This document shows, piece by piece, positions 8,637 through 17,121 of a DNA stretch of 24,869 nt. The position numbers were made by a program, and so were the translations under genes. Within the stretch, counting starts at the first letter, position 1. Each line of letters opens with the position of its first letter. Source of the DNA: a virus (Duplodnaviria; Caudoviricetes); the IMG/VR virus record IMGVR_UViG_3300042343_001090, positions 1 through 24,869 of that record; one strand, 5' to 3'. The notes under the pieces are model-generated. The model was given only the letters and a program-made list of their open reading frames with translations, was not told the origin of the DNA and ran no database searches.

Positions 8637-10333
8637 TGGCATATAGTATTTTAGCAATCAATCCAGGACATAACGGTTCTGCCGCATTAACAGTAGATGG
8701 CGAAGTTGTATATTACACAGAAGAAGAACGACTTACTAGATTTAAGCACGATGGTAATCCATTTAGAGCAATGCTGCAAGTGTTATCAGTACACCCGATA
8801 GATGAATTAGTCATTGGCGGCACTTCCGAAGAATTTTCTACATTACCTTGGACAGGCGAAGATGCCTATTCGGCATTAGCAAGAAAATTCTATCCAAATA
8901 TTAAAATAACAAAAATGGGTAACTTACATCACTTAGGACACGCAGCTGGTGCATTTTATAATTCTGGATTTGAAACTGCTGCTGCTGTAATTATTGATGG
9001 AGCAGGGTCAAATCATAGCGACCAAATTGGCGAAAATGGGCCAATTGTAAATGGGTTTGAAACTGAAACTATCTATCATTGTTCATATCCAGGTGAATTT
9101 AATGCAGTATACAAACACTATTCTAACGGCATTCATGATAGCATGTACTACGATAACGGAATACAAGAATTTGATAATTCAGTAACGATAACTAAAGCAT
9201 ATGAAGCAGTATCGGAATATCTTGGTTTTGGTTTTATCGAAGCTGGTAAAACAATGGGGTTAGCACCGTACGGTAAATTTGATGAGTTTATTCCGGATTT
9301 TTTTATTAATGGTAAAGGTAATCGTAATTTATTGATTCCTCGCTATCCAGCCGGTGCGGTTATTGATGAAACATTAAACCCATACCTAAAACGGTACGTT
9401 GATCCGCAAGATTGGCATAATGATTTTACATTATGCACAGACCAATCTAAAAACTTAGCATTTAAAGTTCAACAAGAAGTTGAAGAACTACTGTTTAAGT
9501 TAGTAGAAAAAGCAGTTGATATTACCGGTGAAACTGATGTTGTTATTTCAGGCGGATTTGGGTTAAACTGTGTAGCTAACTATAAGTTAGTTAAACGATT
9601 TCCACAACTTAACATCTATGTTGACCCAATTGCTCACGACGGCGGAACTGCTATTGGCTTAGCTAGATACGCATGGTTTAAACATAGCGGAGACACTACT
9701 ATTAAACCATTAAAGACAGTATGTTTAGGAGTATTGCCTGATTATAATCAGTTAGAAAATGTAAAATTGCAACTTCCTGACTTAGTGTTTTCTGATACTT
9801 CTGCAGATCATATTGCTAAACTATTAGAGTCCGGTGAAATTGTTGCTATATTTCAAGGCCCGTCAGAAGGAGGACCAAGAGCATTAGGCAATAGAAGTAT
9901 TGTGTTTGACCCGCGTAATCCGGATGGCAAAGAAATTATTAACTCAGTTAAAAATCGTGAATGGTTTAGACCATTTGCTGGTTCAGTAATGGAAGAACAC
10001 GCAAGTGATTGGTTTGATATGGACAAGTTAGATAATTCGCCATTTATGATGTATGCAGTTAATGTATTACCTGAAAAAATCTCACAACTCCCTGCTATTA
10101 CTCATGTAGACAATACGTGTCGTGTTCAAACCGTTAATGCAGATAATACACATTACTATGAACTTATTTCAGAATTTAATAAGTTAACTGGTGTTCCGGT
10201 ATTGTTTAATACAAGTTTTAACTTAGCTGGACAGCCATTAGTTGAAACTATCATAGACGCAGTATTAACATTGATAAATAGTGATATTAAATATCTGTAT
10301 TTGCCCGAAATTGGACAACTAATCAGTAAATAA
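8636..10333 (+). CDS. NodU/CmcH/TobZ-family O-carbamoyltransferase
   Basis: GHNGSAAL, EEERLTRFKH, HHLGHA, GKTMGLAPYG, SGGFGLNCVAN, GPRALGNRSI, KNREWFRPFA, HVDNTCRVQTV and NTSFN motifs. Confidence 0.95.
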   Translation: MAYSILAINPGHNGSAALTVDGEVVYYTEEERLTRFKHDGNPFRAMLQVLSVHPIDELVIGGTSEEFSTLPWTGEDAYSALARKFYPNIKITKMGNLHHLGHAAGAFYNSGFETAAAVIIDGAGSNHSDQIGENGPIVNGFETETIYHCSYPGEFNAVYKHYSNGIHDSMYYDNGIQEFDNSVTITKAYEAVSEYLGFGFIEAGKTMGLAPYGKFDEFIPDFFINGKGNRNLLIPRYPAGAVIDETLNPYLKRYVDPQDWHNDFTLCTDQSKNLAFKVQQEVEELLFKLVEKAVDITGETDVVISGGFGLNCVANYKLVKRFPQLNIYVDPIAHDGGTAIGLARYAWFKHSGDTTIKPLKTVCLGVLPDYNQLENVKLQLPDLVFSDTSADHIAKLLESGEIVAIFQGPSEGGPRALGNRSIVFDPRNPDGKEIINSVKNREWFRPFAGSVMEEHASDWFDMDKLDNSPFMMYAVNVLPEKISQLPAITHVDNTCRVQTVNADNTHYYELISEFNKLTGVPVLFNTSFNLAGQPLVETIIDAVLTLINSDIKYLYLPEIGQLISK

Positions 10334-10376
10334 GATATAAGTAAATCTAAAAACATTTTAAGAAAAAGGAAATATT

Positions 10377-10688
10377 ATGACAGAAATTATCGAAATTCAA
10401 CCAATTGAAGGTGAAATTGTAATCACCGAACGACGTGCAACTAGTGAATATTTCATCACTGACATTCACGAGTCTATTACTAATAAATTTGTGCGTGTAG
10501 AAGTAGAATTAGGACCTTTTGAGGTAACTGAGCAGCCAAATGGTGAAACTACCACTCGTGGTTCATCTCGTAGAGGGTTAGTAGTATGGCAAAATGAAGA
10601 TTATGTTGACATTATGAACACCTGGGACAATGCTATGTTATTAGCAAAAGTTTCTGAATTGCTAGCGGCTGAAGCAACTCCGGTATAA
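10377..10688 (+). CDS. Hypothetical acidic protein (103 aa)
   Basis: ORF with AAGGA upstream, co-oriented with the cluster; no motif recognised. Confidence 0.75.
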   Translation: MTEIIEIQPIEGEIVITERRATSEYFITDIHESITNKFVRVEVELGPFEVTEQPNGETTTRGSSRRGLVVWQNEDYVDIMNTWDNAMLLAKVSELLAAEATPV

Positions 10689-10709
10689 CATTTTAATCTT
10701 TGGTTGTTA

Positions 10710-11165
10710 ATGAAAATATTAATTATGGGATTACCCGGATCTGGAAAAACAACACTAGCAAATGAACTAGTTAAACTTTTAGATTCAGTTGAATGGTTTA
10801 ACGCAGATGATATACGAACACAGTATAATGATTGGGATTTTAGTAAAGAAGGACGAATACGACAAAGTAATAGGATGAAATACTTGGCAGAAAACTCATC
10901 CGCAACCTATGTTATATGTGATTTTGTAGCACCAACTAAAGAAATTAGAAAGTTGTTTAATGCAGATGTTACTGTATTTGTTGACACTATAGATAACAGC
11001 AAGTATAGTGATACTAATTCTGTATTTGAAAAACCTAGTAAATATGATATTAGAGTAGACAGTAAACATAGTGTTTACTGGTCTACACAAATTATTAAAT
11101 ATTTACAAACTATTAATAATATTAATAACAGTTTGAATCAAAAGAAATCCATGTGTATCTTGTAA
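10710..11165 (+). CDS. Adenylyl-sulfate (APS) kinase-like P-loop kinase (CysC-like, shortened)
   Basis: MKILIMGLPGSGKTT Walker A; NADDIR...DFSKEGRIRQ resembles the CysC DGDxxR...FSxEDR segment; ATG 10710 preferred to TTG 10704. Confidence 0.78.
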   Translation: MKILIMGLPGSGKTTLANELVKLLDSVEWFNADDIRTQYNDWDFSKEGRIRQSNRMKYLAENSSATYVICDFVAPTKEIRKLFNADVTVFVDTIDNSKYSDTNSVFEKPSKYDIRVDSKHSVYWSTQIIKYLQTINNINNSLNQKKSMCIL

Positions 11166-11222
11166 ATATATTAATATTAATGCACCACTGCATATTACGT
11201 AATTGATATTTAATAAATACAT
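11103..11222 (-). pseudogene. Internally deleted copy of the Nudix hydrolase gene at 16672-17121
   Basis: Minus strand reads MYLLNINYVICSGALILIYLQDTHGFLLIQTVINIINSL*; the intact Nudix starts ...NIKDQIICSGALIYSQATHRFLLIQ and ends IQTLIDIIDSL*. 11103-11139 matches 16672-16708 at 30/37 nt and 11176-11192 is identical to 17072-17088. Confidence 0.9.
11213..11219 (+). promoter_or_regulatory. Late promoter-like motif ATAAATA
   Basis: Ends 23 nt before ATG 11243, with AAGGA in between. Confidence 0.6.
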
Positions 11223-11242
11223 AATAATAAGAAGGACACACA

Positions 11243-12241
11243 ATGGCATTAGCTGATAAAAATATAGTCATTACACCAAATATAAGTTTAGCAAGCGACC
11301 CTAAGATTGTATTTTCTGGGGCAGACGCAATTACTGCAGCTCAGAATATTACGTTAACTGCATACCCAACTTTAAATGGTATGCTTAGTTTTGATGGATC
11401 TGCTGGACAATTACTTTCCGTTACTAATAGTTTAACTGGAACTATATTTGCAGCTAACGATGTATCTGGTATCCCAAGTATAGAAGTTCTTGATACCGGT
11501 TTGGTAAAACTAGCACAATATGGCGGTAACGTATTAATTGGTACTGGTACAGATGATGGATTATCTAAATTACAAGTAAGTGGTGGTATTAAAGCAACTA
11601 GCATTGGTATTACAAATATTAGTCCAACTACGGGGTTAGGCATATCGTTATATAATGGACCGGCAACAGGGTCAATGGCAACTTTTGGTTTATCGTTTTC
11701 TGGCACTGGGACATATGGTACACACGGCGCAGTAACTGGTGATTGGGTAACATATTTTACAGTAGATAATACTGCAAATAGAGGATGGATATTTAAAAAT
11801 ACCAATATCGGTATTGGCGGCAATGTTGCATCAATCTCTAATGCTGGAACTATTAGTACAACAACTACAATGTATGTCGATTCTGCTAGTTCAAATTTAG
11901 AAGTTGGTTATAAAATTGTACCGCAAGTTAGCAAATCTGTAGATTATCCAACTGTATTAACTGATTCAGGAAAACATATTTTTCATCCAGCTGCCGACAC
12001 TACTAGTAGAACGTATACAATTGACAATGCCGTTGCATACCCTATTGGAACTGTACTAACATTTATTAATGAAGGCGGTGCAGGAGTAATTTCTATTACA
12101 ATTTCAGGTGCAAGTGCGTTGTTAGCATTAGTAGGAACCGGTGCTACTACTGTTCCAAAGTCTCTAGCTGCAAACGGTATGGCTACTGCAATAAAAATTA
12201 CATCAACCAAGTGGCTAATTTCGGGATCGGGGTTAACATAA
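11243..12241 (+). CDS. Tail fibre-like virion protein
   Basis: Gly/Ser/Thr-rich; GNVLIGTGTDDGLSKLQVSG fibre-shaft motif, NRGWIF, and a C-terminal VPQ...LTDSGKHI...LAANGMATAIKITSTKWLISGSGLT domain of a kind seen in phage fibre genes. Confidence 0.7.
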   Translation: MALADKNIVITPNISLASDPKIVFSGADAITAAQNITLTAYPTLNGMLSFDGSAGQLLSVTNSLTGTIFAANDVSGIPSIEVLDTGLVKLAQYGGNVLIGTGTDDGLSKLQVSGGIKATSIGITNISPTTGLGISLYNGPATGSMATFGLSFSGTGTYGTHGAVTGDWVTYFTVDNTANRGWIFKNTNIGIGGNVASISNAGTISTTTTMYVDSASSNLEVGYKIVPQVSKSVDYPTVLTDSGKHIFHPAADTTSRTYTIDNAVAYPIGTVLTFINEGGAGVISITISGASALLALVGTGATTVPKSLAANGMATAIKITSTKWLISGSGLT

Positions 12242-12242
12242 C

Positions 12243-15200
12243 ATGAGTGGAATTTTAAATGTATTATTGGCTAGCAGTAATAGTGCATCACCGCCAGCTG
12301 CTCCATCCGGCATTAGTGGTGCTACATATACCTCTGGTTCTGTAACTTTTAATTATACAGCCGGATCTAATGGCGGATCACCGATCACTAATTATCGAGC
12401 AGTATCCGGAGGTACTAATTATGCTGTAACATATACGGCATCAGTGATAACAGTTAGTGGTTTAACTAACGGAACTACCTATAATTTTTATTTACAAGCA
12501 TTTAACTCATCAGGATGGGGTACGCTTAGTTCAACTAGTACTGGATCGATAACACCGTATGCCGGAACATTAACTGCACCGTCTATAACAAGTTGGACTT
12601 CAAATACAACTAACACTACATTTAACTGGGGAACGGTTACTTTTGCAACTTCTTATCAGATTGATTTTCAAAATGCCGGAACGTTTGCCCTTAATACTGC
12701 TAGTTTAACAACTAACTATGCGTCAACTGCAGCATCAGTAGTTATTAAAATTTACGCAATTGCTACAGGATGGATTAATTCGTCAACAACTACATATACT
12801 GCAACATATACTACTCCAGGGTCTCCGACTGGTGTAGCTGCTGCACTAGTTGCAACATCGGGCACCTTATCTGTGTCGTTTACTCCGTCACCTATTATTG
12901 GTGGCGGGTCAACTACAACTAGTGGATTAATAAAACAATATAATGTATACGTTAATGGAGGGTTAACTGTATCTTATACCGGTTCGTCTAATCCTATATC
13001 TTGCGGTAGTTTAACAGTTGGTACTAGTTATACATTTCAAATAACTCAAGTTAACTATGCAAATTTAGAAAGTGCAAAAAGTACTGCATCAAGTAGTGTA
13101 GCAGCACCCGGCGTTCCCGCTGCACCAACAATTGGTACAGCTACTGCAACTGGTACTCAAACTGCAACGTTGGCATTTACTGCTAATACAACAAACGGGT
13201 ATCCAATTACATCATATCAAGCATTTACATCAGGCGGTACTTCGGTTAATATTGCATCAAGTACAGCATCTTTGTTATCATTAAATGGATTAACACAAGG
13301 CAATTCGTATCAATTTTATATGAAAGTAGTTAATGCAATTGGAACTAGCGCACAAAGTGGAACTAGTACACCGGCTATAACTACATGGACTACGCCAAGT
13401 GCTCCTACAATGGGTACTGTAACTGTATCAGGAACTACTATTACTATCCCATGGACTGCTCCTTCAAGTACCGGTGGCACTCCGATTGATTATTATTACT
13501 TATACACCGGTGCAACATTAATTTCATCTACGATTGCATCATCGGCAGTATCATATTCGTATACTGGTGTTAAAAATACCGCGTATACGTTTACAATTTA
13601 TGCACATAATTCAGTTGGATTAAGTACTGTTAGTGCTACTAGTAATTCAGTAACTGCAACTGGTGTACCGAATGCACCGTCGCTAACTAGTGCAACTTTT
13701 TCAGGAACTACAGTATATGCGTATTTTTCTGCGCCATTAAATACCGGCGGACTTCCTATTGACGTATATCGAATAGATAACAATGGATCACCGTTAACTA
13801 CTACACAAACTACATCGCCTTATACATTTACCGGTGCATATGGAACTACATACACGCTTACTGTGTATGCACACAATTCTGCAGGATGGAGTACTGTAAG
13901 TAACAGCGGATCCACAAAACCATATACTACCCCAGGTACTGCATCGAGTTTGTCATTTGCACAAACTGGTTTAAATACTGGAAACTTAACATTTACTAAT
14001 CCGGCTAATAATGGCGAAGCAATTGATTACTACCATGTTTATATTGGCGGATCATATAATCAAACAGTTAATGGTGCTGGATCTCCGCTTGCATTAACCA
14101 GCATATCTAACGGCAGTATTATTACAATTTATGCACATAATGCAGCAGGATTTGGAGGAGTTAGTACATCTACAACTGCATCAATGGTTGCAATACCTAG
14201 TACGCTTACGATATCATCGTCAAGTGTTACGTCATCAGGCGCTACAATTAGCTTTACGCAAACTGGTGGAGCTCCGACTAGCTGGATAATATGGAACTAT
14301 CCAACATACAACTCGTATACTGGCGGTTCTCAATTATATAATGGTCCATCTGTACCGTCAGTTGCATTGTCGTTGTCATCTAGTACTACATATAACTTAG
14401 CTGCATACGGGTTAAACGTAGCAGGGCAGTCAACTAACTGGTCAACTATGATTCAAGTAATAACACCGGCAGCATCTTCAATACCGGGTGCTCCGACTAT
14501 TACTAGCGGTGGGATAGGTAATGCTACTGGATACATATATTTTAATGCAGGATCGTCTGGAAATCTAACAATTACTGCATATCAAGCATATGATTCAAAC
14601 TCGGCAACTTATTTTAATGCAACTGGTACTACAAGTCCAGTATCTGTTAGTTTATCAAACGGCACAACTTACAGAATGTATTTGCGAGCATTTAACTCAT
14701 TAGGATGGGGACCGTTAAGTTCAGGGTACGTTGATATTACTCCATATGCAGGTACATTAACAGCGCCTGCTATATCTAGTTGGACGTCTAATGCAACGTC
14801 TATATATTGGACATGGCCTGCAGTAACTAGTGCAACGTCATACCAAATGGATTTTCAAAATGCCGGTACATTTGCAACTAATACCGTTAGTCCACCATCC
14901 CCAGGGTTTGGCCCAATTGCACAAAATGCAGTGTTTAAAGTATATGCAAAAGCAGCTGGATGGTTAAATTCAAGTGTATCAACATCAACTGCAACGTTTA
15001 CTACGCCTGGTGCTCCAACAGTTGGAACATTAACAGTTGACGGGACTGCTACGGTAACATTACCTGTTACTCCGTCTGCAAATATAGGAGGTGGCTCATC
15101 TACAGCTGCGGGTGTAATAAAACAATATAATATATACATGAACGGTAGTGCATCGCTTAGTTATACAACAACAACACTTCCTTGGACAAAAGCAATGGCT

Positions 15201-16604
15201 GCAAACACTAGTTACTATTTTCAAGTAACACAAGTTAACTATGCAAATTTAGAAAGTGCAAAAAGTGCCGTTTCAAATACTATAACCACACCAACATGGC
15301 CTAGTGCTCCTCCTGGACTGTATTACTCAGTAACTACTGCAGGAGTAGTTACGCTTGGATGGGGTACAACTACAAATGGAGGATCGACCATTCTTGATTA
15401 CACTACATACTTAAATGGTACGGGTTACAGTGTAGTTGCTAATCCTCCTGCAAACATATCTGCAACAGCTGGTGCTGCTGTTAGTGTTGGGGTATCTGCA
15501 CGTAACGCAATAGGAAGTAGTCCTACTTCTACATTAACTAACATTGCTGTACTAGTAGCACCGGTAATTACTACTTCGTTGTCTGGAACAACTCTCACTG
15601 TTTCTATGGCTTCCACAGGCGCAAGTGGATATACATGGGGTATGTTTACTACGGGGTATGGCACTCCAAATACCGCTGGGTCCAACGGCATATCACAGTT
15701 TACTATAACTGTTCCAACTACTACTACTACTTATTATATATCAGCATGGGCAAGGACTGGAACAGCTGGCGTAGTTTCAGCAATTGGGTATAAAACTAGT
15801 ACTATCACAGTTACTTCAAATACACTTAATTGGACAAGTACCTCCGGCTCAATAACTGTTGTACCTGGTTCAACAGTAACAGTAATGATGTACGGTGCAA
15901 CAGGCGGTGGCGGCGGTCGTGATACTGCAAAGGGCGGTAACGGCGGCACATCGTCACAGTTAACTGGAACTATTACTGTACCTGCCAATCAGACTAGTAT
16001 AGCATACTCAATTGGCGGTGGCGGTGGTGCAGGACAAGGTGGCACATCGTGGGCAAACTCAAACTCTGGCGGTAATGGGGGGTCTGGAGACGCTTCTGGC
16101 GGTTATGGCGGTGACTGCCGAACGTCCGGTACTAGCGGAACTGGCGGCGGTGGTGGCGGATCCTCCCGTGCATGGTTTAGCCCAAGTGGAACTACAATAT
16201 GCATTGCCGGGGGTAGCGGCGGTGGCGGTGGTGGTTCAGGGAGTAGAGCAGGCACTATTGGTGGGTCAGTGTCTGCAACAAACGGAACTGCTACAACGTC
16301 AACGGCTGGCAGTCCCGGTTACAGTATACGTGGTACTAGCTCAACCGGCGACGGTGGTGGTGGTGGTGGTGGTGGTGGTGGCTCAACAGGCGGCGCCGGT
16401 GGCGCCCAGGGGTCAGATGCATCAGCAGCAGCAGGCGGAGGTGTTGCCGGCTCAAACTATCTTGGTACAGGAATGACAGTATCAACTCTAGCATACGCAT
16501 CTGGAGGAGCTGGTGGTGCAACAGGAACTGCCGCAGGAACACTTGCTACCGACGGCGGCGCTGGTGCAATACGTATAACGTATCCTTCGTATACATTGTC
16601 TTAA
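12243..16604 (+). CDS. Large Ser/Thr-rich fibronectin type III repeat virion protein with Gly-rich C-terminal domain
   Basis: Recurrent FN3 motifs (PxAP...GGxPIxxY...Y.F.I.AxNxxG), few charged residues, C-terminal GGGG-rich region ending GAIRITY; starts 1 nt after the upstream stop. Confidence 0.85.
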   Translation: MSGILNVLLASSNSASPPAAPSGISGATYTSGSVTFNYTAGSNGGSPITNYRAVSGGTNYAVTYTASVITVSGLTNGTTYNFYLQAFNSSGWGTLSSTSTGSITPYAGTLTAPSITSWTSNTTNTTFNWGTVTFATSYQIDFQNAGTFALNTASLTTNYASTAASVVIKIYAIATGWINSSTTTYTATYTTPGSPTGVAAALVATSGTLSVSFTPSPIIGGGSTTTSGLIKQYNVYVNGGLTVSYTGSSNPISCGSLTVGTSYTFQITQVNYANLESAKSTASSSVAAPGVPAAPTIGTATATGTQTATLAFTANTTNGYPITSYQAFTSGGTSVNIASSTASLLSLNGLTQGNSYQFYMKVVNAIGTSAQSGTSTPAITTWTTPSAPTMGTVTVSGTTITIPWTAPSSTGGTPIDYYYLYTGATLISSTIASSAVSYSYTGVKNTAYTFTIYAHNSVGLSTVSATSNSVTATGVPNAPSLTSATFSGTTVYAYFSAPLNTGGLPIDVYRIDNNGSPLTTTQTTSPYTFTGAYGTTYTLTVYAHNSAGWSTVSNSGSTKPYTTPGTASSLSFAQTGLNTGNLTFTNPANNGEAIDYYHVYIGGSYNQTVNGAGSPLALTSISNGSIITIYAHNAAGFGGVSTSTTASMVAIPSTLTISSSSVTSSGATISFTQTGGAPTSWIIWNYPTYNSYTGGSQLYNGPSVPSVALSLSSSTTYNLAAYGLNVAGQSTNWSTMIQVITPAASSIPGAPTITSGGIGNATGYIYFNAGSSGNLTITAYQAYDSNSATYFNATGTTSPVSVSLSNGTTYRMYLRAFNSLGWGPLSSGYVDITPYAGTLTAPAISSWTSNATSIYWTWPAVTSATSYQMDFQNAGTFATNTVSPPSPGFGPIAQNAVFKVYAKAAGWLNSSVSTSTATFTTPGAPTVGTLTVDGTATVTLPVTPSANIGGGSSTAAGVIKQYNIYMNGSASLSYTTTTLPWTKAMAANTSYYFQVTQVNYANLESAKSAVSNTITTPTWPSAPPGLYYSVTTAGVVTLGWGTTTNGGSTILDYTTYLNGTGYSVVANPPANISATAGAAVSVGVSARNAIGSSPTSTLTNIAVLVAPVITTSLSGTTLTVSMASTGASGYTWGMFTTGYGTPNTAGSNGISQFTITVPTTTTTYYISAWARTGTAGVVSAIGYKTSTITVTSNTLNWTSTSGSITVVPGSTVTVMMYGATGGGGGRDTAKGGNGGTSSQLTGTITVPANQTSIAYSIGGGGGAGQGGTSWANSNSGGNGGSGDASGGYGGDCRTSGTSGTGGGGGGSSRAWFSPSGTTICIAGGSGGGGGGSGSRAGTIGGSVSATNGTATTSTAGSPGYSIRGTSSTGDGGGGGGGGGGSTGGAGGAQGSDASAAAGGGVAGSNYLGTGMTVSTLAYASGGAGGATGTAAGTLATDGGAGAIRITYPSYTLS
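13047..13082 (+). repeat. 36-nt perfect direct repeat (second copy 15231-15266) inside a duplicated three-domain block
   Basis: CAAGTTAACTATGCAAATTTAGAAAGTGCAAAAAGT at both sites, 2184 nt apart and in frame. Confidence 0.95.
16353..16379 (+). repeat. (GGT)9 microsatellite in a poly-Gly tract
   Basis: Nine GGT followed by GGC, encoding ten Gly. Confidence 0.95.
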
Positions 16605-16671
16605 AACTTACTACGCCAATTCTAACGCTAATTTAGTAACAGTAACTTACTATCAATTTTCAATAGCATAA

Positions 16672-17121
16672 TTATAAACTATCAATTATATCAATTAATG
16701 TTTGAATCTTAGTTTGAATAATTTTATTACGCAAACTAAGATTTAGTCCACGATGAATAGGTTTAGGTAAAACATTTAAATCAAACCATCCCCAAGCAAT
16801 GTGTTCATCACTTAACGTTGGTACAAATTCGTTCTCGACTAAACAAAAGTATGTGTGAAAATTAAAGACACTATCGTTAGATACAAACTTTTCTAACGGT
16901 AGTGTTTTTTTAATGTCTGGAAGAAATCCTATTTCTTCCTCTATCTCGCGGGTAAGACCCTGCCATGGGTTTTCGTTAGCAAGGTTAGTACCGCCAACTA
17001 ATCCCCAAGATCCTTGATGTTTACCTGAGGATTTTTGAATCAAAAGAAATCTATGTGTAGCTTGTGAGTAAATTAATGCACCACTGCAAATTATTTGATC
17101 TTTTATATTTCCAATCGCCAT
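16672..17121 (-). CDS. Nudix hydrolase
   Basis: Complete Nudix box G-x5-E-x7-REUxEExGU: GTNLANENPWQGLTREIEEEIGF. Confidence 0.92.
   Translation of the reverse strand: MAIGNIKDQIICSGALIYSQATHRFLLIQKSSGKHQGSWGLVGGTNLANENPWQGLTREIEEEIGFLPDIKKTLPLEKFVSNDSVFNFHTYFCLVENEFVPTLSDEHIAWGWFDLNVLPKPIHRGLNLSLRNKIIQTKIQTLIDIIDSL

Noticed and set aside
11103-11222. The 39-aa minus-strand relic ORF as a functional mini-Nudix
   Set aside because: The catalytic box is deleted, no SD is visible and its first codons overlap the plus-strand late motif; treated as a pseudogene.
16012-16542. ORFs 16012..16476 (+) and 16336..16542 (-, poly-His), and local high GC as a sign of foreign DNA
   Set aside because: All explained by Gly codons of the 1453-aa gene; poly-Val and poly-His are other readings of (GGT)n.
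16605-16671. Terminator between the convergent FN3 and Nudix genes
   Set aside because: No convincing stem-loop with a U-tract on either strand.
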